Source of the DNA: Nanobdellota archaeon
GTDB lineage: Archaea > Nanobdellota > Nanobdellia > Pacearchaeales > GW2011-AR1
DNA: 64,000 nt
Assembly (NCBI GenBank): GCA_013329055.1
Contig: DUKY01000007.1
Coordinates: 51,146 to 115,145 of the forward strand
Reading direction: 5' to 3'
Shown: one piece after another, positions 11,144 through 20,360 of the stretch
Position numbering within the stretch: position 1 is the stretch's first letter
Layout of the letters: the number at the start of each line of letters is the position of its first letter
The notes under the pieces: generated by a model
Databases searched by the model: none
Told to the model about the DNA's origin: nothing
What the model saw: the letters and a program-made list of their open reading frames with translations, nothing else
Program-made: the position numbers and the translations under genes

Positions 11144-11596
11144 TTAACTAAACCAACCAGCAATTTTTAAACCAAAATTTATCCAGAATTGTTTAAATTT
11201 TTTTCCTGCTGTTACACCTTTAATCTGGATATCACCATTTGATTTTTTTTCATTAAATATTTTTAATGGTGCATTTGATTCAATTATCTCTTTTAATGTT
11301 TGAACATCTTTTATATAAATATTATAAGTTGGATTTTCATTCATCTCGCAACCAAAAGATTCAATTTTATTTTCTTTAATAACTAAACTTGCAATATATG
11401 TTTCTTCTCCTTCGTATAAATTAAAAATTTCATTTTTATAAGGCACTCCTGAAGGCAATTCCGTATTTGCAATCTCATTATTTATTTTTTCACTTTGCGA
11501 ACATAAATCTTTTAGTGAAGAAAGTTCAAAATCTTGAGCAGAGATTAAACTAAATGATAAAACAAAAAAAATACCAAAACAAATTATCTTATTCAT
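11144..11596 (-). CDS. Small secreted/membrane-anchored hypothetical protein
   Basis: N-terminal signal/TM helix (MNKIICFGIFFVLSFSLISA). No recognisable domain. Confidence 0.45.
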   Translation of the reverse strand: MNKIICFGIFFVLSFSLISAQDFELSSLKDLCSQSEKINNEIANTELPSGVPYKNEIFNLYEGEETYIASLVIKENKIESFGCEMNENPTYNIYIKDVQTLKEIIESNAPLKIFNEKKSNGDIQIKGVTAGKKFKQFWINFGLKIAGWFS

Positions 11597-11678
11597 AGAT
11601 ATTTATAGAAAAAATTATTTATAAATTTACCTACAAATAGATAGTTAAGTATATAAGATAAATAATCTTTAATCAATA

Positions 11679-11876
11679 ATGAAAAATGAAAAGAATTTTC
11701 CAAAGAAAAATTCTTATGCATTACCTACTTTGACACAACCAAACAAAAAAAAATTAAATACAGTAGGTAATAAAGGATTTTTTACAAGAATAATTGAAAA
11801 ACTTGATAAAAAAATGGAAGAAAAATCTAAAGAAAGCAGTTGCAATTGTAAAACTAAGAAAAAATGTTGCAATTAG
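11679..11876 (+). CDS. Possible small Lys-rich peptide with a C-terminal Cys cluster (SCNCKTKKKCCN)
   Basis: A 65-aa ORF whose stop overlaps the permease start. It may be non-coding. Confidence 0.25.
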   Translation: MKNEKNFPKKNSYALPTLTQPNKKKLNTVGNKGFFTRIIEKLDKKMEEKSKESSCNCKTKKKCCN

Positions 11877-12823
11877 TAGTTGATAAATTACTTTACGAAA
11901 TATTAAATTTAGATGGTTCTTTAAAATTTGTTCAATCATTAAATTTTTTTATTTATGATTCAATAAAAATAATTTTACTTTTATTTTTCATGATTTTTCT
12001 TTTAGGATTTCTAAGGACATATATTCCGCATGAAAAAGTTAAAGATTGGTTAAGCAAACAAAAAAGAGGAGTTGGAAATTTAATGGCTTCATGTTTTGGT
12101 GCTGTGACGCCATTTTGTTCATGTTCATCTATTCCAATATTTTTAAGTTTTTTAGAAAGTGGTGTTCCATTAGGAATAACATTTTCATTTTTGATTACTT
12201 CTCCGTTAGTTAATGAATATTTAGTAATTTTGATGCTGGGATTTTTTGGATGGAAAATTACTTTAATTTATGTTCTATTCGGCATTTTACTTGGAGTATT
12301 CTCCGGATTAATCCTCGGAAAAATGAAACTTGAAAAATATCTTGTAAAAGATTTAATTTCCCAAACAAAAAAGGTTGAAGAAAAAAAGTATAATAATTTA
12401 AAAGAGAGATTAGATTATGGATACACCGAATCGAGTTCTATGGTTAAAAAATTGTGGATATGGATTTTGGCAGGTGTTGGGCTTGGGGCGATAATTCATA
12501 ATTATATTCCTTCAGAATTAATTCAAGGATTAATTGCAAAAGGAGGAATATTCTCAGTTCCAATTGCTGTTCTTTTGGGAGTGCCAATTTATGCAAATTG
12601 TGTTGCGATTATTCCAATAGCGATTGTTTTATTTGAAAAAGGGTTGCCATTAGGAACAGCTTTAGCATTTATGATGGCAACTTCTGCATTAAGTTTGCCT
12701 GAGGCAATTATTTTAAGAAGAGCAATGAAATTAAAATTAATTGCAATATTTTTTGGAGTCACAACATTAGGGATTATATTAATTGGATATTTGTTTAACT
12801 TTCTTCAAAAGTTAATAATATAA
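11864..12823 (+). CDS. ArsP-like permease (COG0701/DUF318 family)
   Basis: Carries the TPFCSCSSIP motif typical of ArsP/YraQ permeases, with 8 or more TM helices. Confidence 0.7.
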   Translation: MLQLVVDKLLYEILNLDGSLKFVQSLNFFIYDSIKIILLLFFMIFLLGFLRTYIPHEKVKDWLSKQKRGVGNLMASCFGAVTPFCSCSSIPIFLSFLESGVPLGITFSFLITSPLVNEYLVILMLGFFGWKITLIYVLFGILLGVFSGLILGKMKLEKYLVKDLISQTKKVEEKKYNNLKERLDYGYTESSSMVKKLWIWILAGVGLGAIIHNYIPSELIQGLIAKGGIFSVPIAVLLGVPIYANCVAIIPIAIVLFEKGLPLGTALAFMMATSALSLPEAIILRRAMKLKLIAIFFGVTTLGIILIGYLFNFLQKLII

Positions 12824-12834
12824 AATTAAAAAAA

Positions 12835-15222
12835 TTATTTCTTTTTTTCCTGTTCTGCAATTTTTATTCTTGTCTTAATTATAGTATCAGGATTTAAAGA
12901 AATTGAATCAATTCCTTCTTTTACTAAAAATTGTGCAAAGTCTGGAAAATCCGAAGGAGCTTGACCGCATATTCCGATTTTTCTTTTATTCTTTTTTGCT
13001 TTTTTAATCATGATTGAAATTAATTCTTTAACTGCCTCATTTCTTTCATCATAAACATCTGAAACAATTTCTGAATCACGATCAACACCTAAAGTTAATT
13101 GTGTTAAATCATTTGAACCTATGCTAAATCCGTCAAAAATTTTACTAAATTCATCAGCCAAAATTACATTTGATGGAATCTCGCACATTACATAAATCTC
13201 TAACTCATCTTTTCCACGAGATAATCCTTCTTTTGCCATTATCTCCTGAACTTTTTTTCCTTCCTCTATTGTTCTGCAAAATGGAATCATTACTTTTACA
13301 TTCTTTAAACCAAATTGATTTCTAACTTTTTTTATAGCTTTGCATTCCAATTCAAAACTTTTTCTAAATGCTTCCTTATAATAACGGCTTGCACCTCTCC
13401 AGCCAATCATAGGATTATCTTCTGTTGGTTCATAAAGTTCTCCGCCGATTAAATTTCTATACTCGTTTGTTTTAAAATCAGACATTCTTACTATAACATC
13501 TTTAGGATAAAAGGCTGCGGCAATCATTGCAATTCCTTCTGCTAATTTATCTATGTAAAATTGTTTTTTATCTTTGTATCCAAAAGTTAAATCATCAATT
13601 TTTTTCTTTATGTTTTTATCACTTAATTTATCATAATCAATTAATGCATTAGGATGTATTTTTATATGTGAATTAATAATAAATTCTTCACGAGCTAAAC
13701 CTACTCCGTCATTTGGGATAAAACTTTGTTCAAATGCCTGTTCAGGATTTCCGAGGTTCATCATAATTTTTGTTTTTGTTTTTGGTAATTTTTCCAAATT
13801 ATGTTTTTCTATAACATATTTTAACTTTCCTTCATAAACTCTGCCTTCTTCTCCATCTGCACAGGAAACTGTAACAAGGTCGCCATTTTTTAGTTTTTTA
13901 GTTGCGTCATCTGTTCCAACTAAACAAGGAATTCCAAGTTCCCTGGAAATAATTGCAGCATGACAAGTTCTTCCACCCTTATCGGTTACAATTGCCGAAG
14001 CGATTTTCATTATTGGCTCCCAATCAGGGTCAGTCATTTCAGTTACCAGAACTTCTCCTTTTTTAAAATCATGAATTCCTGAAACATTTTTTATAACCCT
14101 GACTTTTCCGGAACCGATTCTTGAACCAACACTTTGTCCTTTTGATAAAATTTTACCTTTTTCTTTTAAAACATATTCTTCTAAAATATTTACATTCCTT
14201 TGACTTTGAACAGTTTCAGGTCTTGCCTGAACAATATAAAGCTTATTTGTTTTTCCATCTTTTGCCCATTCAATATCCATTGCTTTTTTATAATGATCCT
14301 CGATAGTTATTGCCATTTTTGCAAGTTTTAATATTTCATCATCAGTAATAGAAAATTCTTTTTGTTTATCTTCCGAAACAGGAATATTTTTTACCTGTTT
14401 TAAATATTTTAAACCATAGATCATTCTTATTTTTTTATTCCCTAATTTTTTGGAGATAATTGACTTATAACCTTTTTTTAAAGTTGGTTTATGCACATAA
14501 AATTCGTCGGGATTAACTGCTCCCTGAACAATATTTTCTCCTAATCCATAAATAGAAGTGATAAATACTGCATCTTTAAATCCGGATTCAGTATCTATTG
14601 AAAACATTACTCCTGAAGAGGATAAATCAGACCTTACCATTTTTTGAACACCAATAGAAAGTGCGATAGTGAAATGATCAAATCCTTTATCCACTCTATA
14701 AGATATTGCTCTATTTGTAAATAATGATGCAAAGCATTTTTTGCATGATTTTAATAACTCTTTTTCTCCTCGAACATTCAAGTATGTTTCTTGCTGTCCT
14801 GCAAATGAAGCATCGGGCAAATCTTCTGCTGTTGCACTTGAACGAACCGCTACATCAGTATAATCCTCTTTAGATTCTTTAGATAATAATTTATAATTTT
14901 CAATAATTTCTTTTTGTAAGTCTAAAGGCAATTCTGCTTTTAAAATTAAATTACGAACTTTTTTGCCTCGCTTCATTAAATTACGAGTACTGGTTGTATC
15001 TAAATCGGAGAGGATTTTATGAATTTTATCTTTTAATCCTGCAGATTCAATAAAATATCTATATGCTAATGCAGTTATTGCAAATCCATTTGGAACAGTT
15101 ACGCCTTTTTTATTTAATTCACGATACATCTCCCCTAAAGATGCATTTTTTCCACCAACAATTGGAACATCTTCAATATGTAAGTCCTTAAATGGTATAA
15201 CTAAAATTCTTTTGCTATTCAT
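12835..15222 (-). CDS. ppsA: Phosphoenolpyruvate synthase (pyruvate, water dikinase), paralog 1
   Basis: It has the N-terminal ATP-grasp domain and the phospho-His domain (GGRTCHAAIISRELGIPCLVG). The C-terminal PEP-utilising barrel is also present. Confidence 0.9.
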   Translation of the reverse strand: MNSKRILVIPFKDLHIEDVPIVGGKNASLGEMYRELNKKGVTVPNGFAITALAYRYFIESAGLKDKIHKILSDLDTTSTRNLMKRGKKVRNLILKAELPLDLQKEIIENYKLLSKESKEDYTDVAVRSSATAEDLPDASFAGQQETYLNVRGEKELLKSCKKCFASLFTNRAISYRVDKGFDHFTIALSIGVQKMVRSDLSSSGVMFSIDTESGFKDAVFITSIYGLGENIVQGAVNPDEFYVHKPTLKKGYKSIISKKLGNKKIRMIYGLKYLKQVKNIPVSEDKQKEFSITDDEILKLAKMAITIEDHYKKAMDIEWAKDGKTNKLYIVQARPETVQSQRNVNILEEYVLKEKGKILSKGQSVGSRIGSGKVRVIKNVSGIHDFKKGEVLVTEMTDPDWEPIMKIASAIVTDKGGRTCHAAIISRELGIPCLVGTDDATKKLKNGDLVTVSCADGEEGRVYEGKLKYVIEKHNLEKLPKTKTKIMMNLGNPEQAFEQSFIPNDGVGLAREEFIINSHIKIHPNALIDYDKLSDKNIKKKIDDLTFGYKDKKQFYIDKLAEGIAMIAAAFYPKDVIVRMSDFKTNEYRNLIGGELYEPTEDNPMIGWRGASRYYKEAFRKSFELECKAIKKVRNQFGLKNVKVMIPFCRTIEEGKKVQEIMAKEGLSRGKDELEIYVMCEIPSNVILADEFSKIFDGFSIGSNDLTQLTLGVDRDSEIVSDVYDERNEAVKELISIMIKKAKKNKRKIGICGQAPSDFPDFAQFLVKEGIDSISLNPDTIIKTRIKIAEQEKKK

Positions 15223-15284
15223 TTCTCACCTCTAAAGATAAATAATTTATTTTATATTATAAATGTATCTAAGAGAATAAAAAA

Positions 15285-15899
15285 TTATTTTTTTAAAAAT
15301 ACTTTTTGAATTTTATCCGGAGAAATAACTTTCATTTCTAATCCTTCTGTTCCAGAATCTTTTGAAGCACTATAAATTAAAGCTCCTGAAACTAATTTTA
15401 ATCCTTCATCCAATGAAAAACCTTTTTCTTTAAAAGACACTATTTTATTTTGGATAAATTCCCACGCAAATTGAGACCCGGATCCAAATGAATAAAAATT
15501 AGTTTCTTCAATTAAACCGAGTTCCCAACAGATATATAGACGAGGTTTATCAAAACGCGTGGCGAGCAAATAATGAATAAAATTATTATTGGGGCAACGA
15601 CCTCCCCACATTTCATAATTTAATGTTAATACTTCTTGAAAAAAACGCTTAGAAATTTTTTCGGGTAAATTTATTCTTGATTCTGAAAAATCTTTTAAAA
15701 TTTCTTTACCTTTTTTATTAATTGTGCCAGCATAACTTAAAACTGCTGTTTTTTCTTTGTTTGAATATAATTTTGTTGAATGTGAATAATTACCGGTTTT
15801 TTCATATTTTCCTTTTTCATTAATTATAACATCTTGATGTAATGTGTCTGCTCCAAGAATTATTCCTGCTCGGGTTTTAATTCCAACAATTGTTGTCAT
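15285..15899 (-). CDS. Proteasome beta subunit-like Ntn hydrolase
   Basis: N-terminus MTTIVGIKTRAGIILGADT matches the mature proteasome beta N-terminal Thr. There is no propeptide. Confidence 0.65.
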   Translation of the reverse strand: MTTIVGIKTRAGIILGADTLHQDVIINEKGKYEKTGNYSHSTKLYSNKEKTAVLSYAGTINKKGKEILKDFSESRINLPEKISKRFFQEVLTLNYEMWGGRCPNNNFIHYLLATRFDKPRLYICWELGLIEETNFYSFGSGSQFAWEFIQNKIVSFKEKGFSLDEGLKLVSGALIYSASKDSGTEGLEMKVISPDKIQKVFLKK

Positions 15900-15942
15900 T
15901 AATATTTGAAAGATTAAATTATTTAAAAAGACTTATATAAAA

Positions 15943-16497
15943 TTAAGATTCTTTCAAAATCCTTGCCTGAGTGATTGTTGCAATAACCTGAATTATTCCC
16001 ATAGTAATAAAGAGTACATCAAAGGATAAATAATTCACAATTAAACCCCCGATAATTATTGCAATACCGGTAATTATTTGTGCTGTTCCTCCTGCAAGTC
16101 CCCATTGAAATCCACCATTTCTTCGGTCTTCATGTTTTGCATAAAGTGCAAACCATGTAGGTGTTGCCAAAGCGGTTGAAATTCCAAGACCTGCTTGAAC
16201 AATAAAAAGATGCATTGGAGAAGATACAAACAAATAACCAAATGTAAAGAATGCATTAAGTGCATATCCTAAGACCATAATTTTTCTTTTATGATGATAA
16301 GTATCTGTAAATTTACCAACAAGAATATATAATAAACCTGCAACGATTAAATAAGTAGCCCATGCCCAAGTCATATTTAGAATAGTACCTCCAACCTTTT
16401 CTGCAAAAATCGCGAAAAGGGGTCCAAACATTCCTTCTCCAAAATACCATAAACCTCCCCCATAAAGAAGAAGTTTAATTTTTCTATTTATCACCAT
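15943..16497 (-). CDS. Six-TM half-size MFS-like membrane protein
   Basis: Resembles the C-terminal 6-TM half of MFS transporters. No partner N-half is adjacent. Confidence 0.45.
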   Translation of the reverse strand: MVINRKIKLLLYGGGLWYFGEGMFGPLFAIFAEKVGGTILNMTWAWATYLIVAGLLYILVGKFTDTYHHKRKIMVLGYALNAFFTFGYLFVSSPMHLFIVQAGLGISTALATPTWFALYAKHEDRRNGGFQWGLAGGTAQIITGIAIIIGGLIVNYLSFDVLFITMGIIQVIATITQARILKES

Positions 16498-16556
16498 AAA
16501 GGTTAAATGTTTAATAAATATATAAACATTGCTTAGAATATATTTTATATAAATTC

Positions 16557-16904
16557 TTAGAGATTTTTCTTTTTTATAATTTCATAAATTTTAATTATCA
16601 ATACTCCAACAAAGAAAAAATAAATTATACTTGAAATTTTCATAAAGATTATTCCTTGAGGAAACATTCCGAGAGATTCATAACCTACACCTGTATTAAA
16701 AATTAAATCTATTGCAAATCCAATATAAGCATAAAGAATCAATAAAGGCAAAGAAAGAATTAAGAGTGGAACAGTTATAATTCTAACAAGAATATTTTCT
16801 TTTATTGAATCAAAATGACTTATTAAAAAAGTTATTAAAATATAAAATAATGAACTAAGACATCCTCCTTTAAACCATAATGGAATTTTATTTATTTTAA
16901 ACAT
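16557..16904 (-). CDS. Small integral membrane protein (3 TM), hypothetical
   Basis: Hydrophobic segments only. Confidence 0.4.
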   Translation of the reverse strand: MFKINKIPLWFKGGCLSSLFYILITFLISHFDSIKENILVRIITVPLLILSLPLLILYAYIGFAIDLIFNTGVGYESLGMFPQGIIFMKISSIIYFFFVGVLIIKIYEIIKKKNL

Positions 16905-16980
16905 GTGATTATTAACAGATTTATAATATAAAAAACTAATGATTGAAAGATTTTTTAAAGAGTATTAGCATTTTAAAAAA

Positions 16981-17628
16981 ATGAAAGATTTATTGGAAAA
17001 AGAAATTGATTTTTTATGTGAAGATCTTTTTTTAGAAAGAAAAAATCATGTTCTTTTATATGGAAAGCATGAAGACACTTTTGCAGTTTTGCAAGGTATT
17101 TATGAAAGAGCAAAAAAAGATAAAACATTTTTATGTTCATGGCATGATGCTTCAAAAATTATTAATCCCATGGATTTTTTTGAACCGATTTTAAGATTAA
17201 AATATGAAAAAGGATATGAGGTCTTAAAAGAAAAAGACTGGTTTAAGGAATTAATTGAAAAAAATACTATGGATGGAATTTTTAAGTTAACAGAATTTTG
17301 CGGAAAAGAAAAAAACTCTAAATTTCAAAATGCAAGAAAGTTGCCAATTTTTTTTATTGATGGAATTGAAGATTTATTTTTTAAATTTGATTATAGCCAT
17401 TTAGATGAAGAAGGAAGAAAAAAATTACTTTCTATTAATTTTTTGGAACAACCATTACCTAAGGGATTTGGTAATCATTTAAGGAATTTGCATCAATCCG
17501 GAAAAGGAATTTTTTATGGTCTGGTGAAAAATACTGAAAGTTTAGAATTTAAATCAACTTTAGGAAATTATAATTATTTATTTTATAACGAAAATTTTAG
17601 AAATCATGATGTATGGAGAGAAGATTAA
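16981..17628 (+). CDS. Hypothetical cytoplasmic protein
   Basis: Intact 215-aa ORF with no recognisable motif. Confidence 0.4.
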   Translation: MKDLLEKEIDFLCEDLFLERKNHVLLYGKHEDTFAVLQGIYERAKKDKTFLCSWHDASKIINPMDFFEPILRLKYEKGYEVLKEKDWFKELIEKNTMDGIFKLTEFCGKEKNSKFQNARKLPIFFIDGIEDLFFKFDYSHLDEEGRKKLLSINFLEQPLPKGFGNHLRNLHQSGKGIFYGLVKNTESLEFKSTLGNYNYLFYNENFRNHDVWRED

Positions 17629-17679
17629 ACTTCATAGATTATTCAAAACCCTTAAATTCTAATTTAAACTTTATTTATT

Positions 17680-19236
17680 ATGAAAAAAATAAATTTATCA
17701 AAAATACCCAGTAATCCCGGATGTTATCTCTTTAAAGATAATTTAAATTTAATAATTTATGTGGGCAAAGCTAAAAATCTGAAAAAAAGAGTGAAATCAT
17801 ATTTCCAAAATAAAGAACAGGATGAAAAAACAAAAGCAATGATTTCTCATATTAATGATGTTGAATTTATTGTTACAGATACGGAGATTGAATCATTTTT
17901 ATTGGAAAATACTTTGATTAAAAAGCATAATCCTAAATATAATATTAATTTAAAGGATTCTAAGAGATATGCTTTTATTGAAAAAACAAATGAAGAATTT
18001 CCAAGATTAATCATCGCAAGAACAAAAGATGTTGAAGGAAAACTTTTTGGACCATTTATCTCTGCGTCTATGCGGGATGAAATAATTTATCTTTTAAATA
18101 AAATATTTAAGTTGAGGACTTGCAAAAGATTGCCTAAAAAAGTTTGTCTAAGATATTCTTTAGGATTATGTTCTGCACCATGCGAAAAAAAGATTTCTAA
18201 AAAAGATTATTTAGAGGATATTAATTCTTGTCAAAAAATTTTGCAAGGAAATATCAAAGGATTATCAAAAGAATTAAATGAAAAAATGCAAGAGGCTTCA
18301 AATAAAAATAATTTTGAAATGGCAATGAAATTAAGAGATCAAATTAATGCTATTAAAATTTTAACTGAAAAACAAAATGTTGAAAGACAAAAAAACTATG
18401 ATGAAGACATTATCAATTATTTAATTAGAAAAGATAAAGTTTATCTTATGCTTTTTAATATTAATAAAGGAGTTTTAGAGAATACGCAGGAATTTATTTT
18501 TGAGTATAGAAAATATTTTTTTGAAGAATTTTTATCTAGATATTATTCTGAAAATCAAATTCCAAAAGTAATAATTTTACCTAAAGAGATTGATGAATCT
18601 TTAATTAAATATTTAGAATTAAAAAGAAAACAAAAAATAAAAATAATTATCCCAAAGATAGGTGAATTGAAAGATTTAATAACATTAGTTAAAAAGAATA
18701 TTGAAGCAACATTTTTTCCAAAAGAGGAAGGTTTGATTGAATTAAAAGATAAATTGAATTTAGATAAAATTCCTTCAATAATAGAATGTTTTGATATTTC
18801 ACATTTAAGCGGAACAGAAACAGTTGGTTCAATGGTGCAATACAAAGATGGAATTTCAAATAAATCTGAATATAGAAAATTTAAAATTAAAGGAGATTAT
18901 GGAATTGATGACTTTGCTTCAATTGAAGAAATTGTTTATAGGAGATATTATCGGATTGTTAAAGAAGGATTAAAATTGCCTGATTTAATCATTGTTGATG
19001 GCGGGGCAGGACAATTAAGTTTTGCACTTAAAGCATTAGAAAAATTAAAAATTAAAATTCCGGTAATTGGTTTAGCAAAAAAAGAAGAAGAAATTTATTT
19101 GCCAAATAAGGATATACTAAGATTAAACAATAAAAATAAAGGGTTGCTGTTATTAATTTCTATAAGAGATGAAGCACATAGATTTGCTATTAGTTTTCAA
19201 AGGCTGAGAAGAAGAAAAATATTATTTAAGAAATAA
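17680..19236 (+). CDS. uvrC: Excinuclease ABC subunit C
   Basis: N-terminal GIY-YIG (GCYLFKD…YVGKAKNLKKR), UvrBC-interaction region, and C-terminal RNaseH-like/HhH regions. Confidence 0.9.
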   Translation: MKKINLSKIPSNPGCYLFKDNLNLIIYVGKAKNLKKRVKSYFQNKEQDEKTKAMISHINDVEFIVTDTEIESFLLENTLIKKHNPKYNINLKDSKRYAFIEKTNEEFPRLIIARTKDVEGKLFGPFISASMRDEIIYLLNKIFKLRTCKRLPKKVCLRYSLGLCSAPCEKKISKKDYLEDINSCQKILQGNIKGLSKELNEKMQEASNKNNFEMAMKLRDQINAIKILTEKQNVERQKNYDEDIINYLIRKDKVYLMLFNINKGVLENTQEFIFEYRKYFFEEFLSRYYSENQIPKVIILPKEIDESLIKYLELKRKQKIKIIIPKIGELKDLITLVKKNIEATFFPKEEGLIELKDKLNLDKIPSIIECFDISHLSGTETVGSMVQYKDGISNKSEYRKFKIKGDYGIDDFASIEEIVYRRYYRIVKEGLKLPDLIIVDGGAGQLSFALKALEKLKIKIPVIGLAKKEEEIYLPNKDILRLNNKNKGLLLLISIRDEAHRFAISFQRLRRRKILFKK

Positions 19237-19432
19237 TCTTTTTATTTATTTTTTCCATATATTTTTTAGCAATTTTTGTCGGGAAAAGTTTTGCATATGT
19301 CTCTTGTTGCCATTTCATAAATTTATTAATACAATCTAAACAAATATTAACCTTATGAGATTCATCAATTTTTAGTTGATTGAATTCCGAGTGATAATTC
19401 TCAATTGATTTTTTACATAATTTGCAATTCAT
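19226..19432 (-). CDS. Small Zn-ribbon-like protein
   Basis: CKLC…CLDC Cys pairs in a 68-aa ORF. Confidence 0.35.
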   Translation of the reverse strand: MNCKLCKKSIENYHSEFNQLKIDESHKVNICLDCINKFMKWQQETYAKLFPTKIAKKYMEKINKKIIS

Positions 19433-19535
19433 ATTAAAGAATAATAATTCAAATTATTTAAAATTTTGGTAAGAATTGGAAAGAAATTCTTTTTTATTCA
19501 GCAAGATTTATAATTCAAAAGTTTTCTATTAAATT

Positions 19536-19964
19536 ATGAAAAAATTGACTCTCGAAGAAATTTCAAAAGATCCAAATACAAAAATATTAATCTTTCAAAC
19601 TCCCACAGATTATGCATATAATGAAAATGGGATTAATTTTGTAAAGAAAAATTTTGCTATAAAAAATGTAACTAATTCACAGGGGGAGGATATTAGATTT
19701 GTAGCAGGAGAAATGATTTCAAATGCAGTAATGCATGGAAACAAAAGGAATTCTGATAAAAAGATTGAAATTTATTGTTTATGGTTTGAAAAAAATTTTT
19801 ATTTTGTAATTAAAGATGAAGGAGAAGGTTTTGATATTGATAATCCTCTTTACAGTGTAATTTGTCCCCCTGAAGGAAGTTTAGGAATTGAATTGACAAA
19901 AACCAAAATGAATTTAGTTTATAATTTTAAAGATTCTGCTTCATATATTTGTAAGAAAATTTAA
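19536..19964 (+). CDS. GHKL-type histidine kinase-like ATPase domain protein (RsbW/anti-sigma-factor-like fold)
   Basis: N-box-like GEMISNAVMHGNKR and G-box-like VIKDEGEGFD. Confidence 0.5.
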   Translation: MKKLTLEEISKDPNTKILIFQTPTDYAYNENGINFVKKNFAIKNVTNSQGEDIRFVAGEMISNAVMHGNKRNSDKKIEIYCLWFEKNFYFVIKDEGEGFDIDNPLYSVICPPEGSLGIELTKTKMNLVYNFKDSASYICKKI

Positions 19965-20020
19965 TTTATTTTTTAGCAACTTTTTTCTTTTTTCTGGAGG
20001 GGATTTCAGCCCAAATATTT

Positions 20021-20248
20021 TTATTCTTTTTCAGGTTCATTAACAGAGATTTCTTTTTTATTTGTGGATATTCCATATAATTTATAGAATACACAATAAC
20101 CGGTAAATGCTTCAATAATTAAAATTATAGCAATAACATAAAATAAAATTTCCCAAAAACCTACTGCAAAAAAATAAGATAAAAATAAAATTATAATCCC
20201 TACAAAAAGTCTTATTGTTCTATCCATTAAACTTTCATTTTGTTCCAT
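20021..20248 (-). CDS. Small 2-TM membrane protein
   Basis: 75-aa ORF with two hydrophobic helices. Confidence 0.35.
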   Translation of the reverse strand: MEQNESLMDRTIRLFVGIIILFLSYFFAVGFWEILFYVIAIILIIEAFTGYCVFYKLYGISTNKKEISVNEPEKE

Positions 20249-20360
20249 TGGATTATAAATTAATTGGATTTTAAAAAGTGATTGGATAATATATTCTTAT
20301 AAACTTATCAGAATTTTCTTTCGCCAAAACCCTTATAACGTTAATATTTTTTGATTTATT

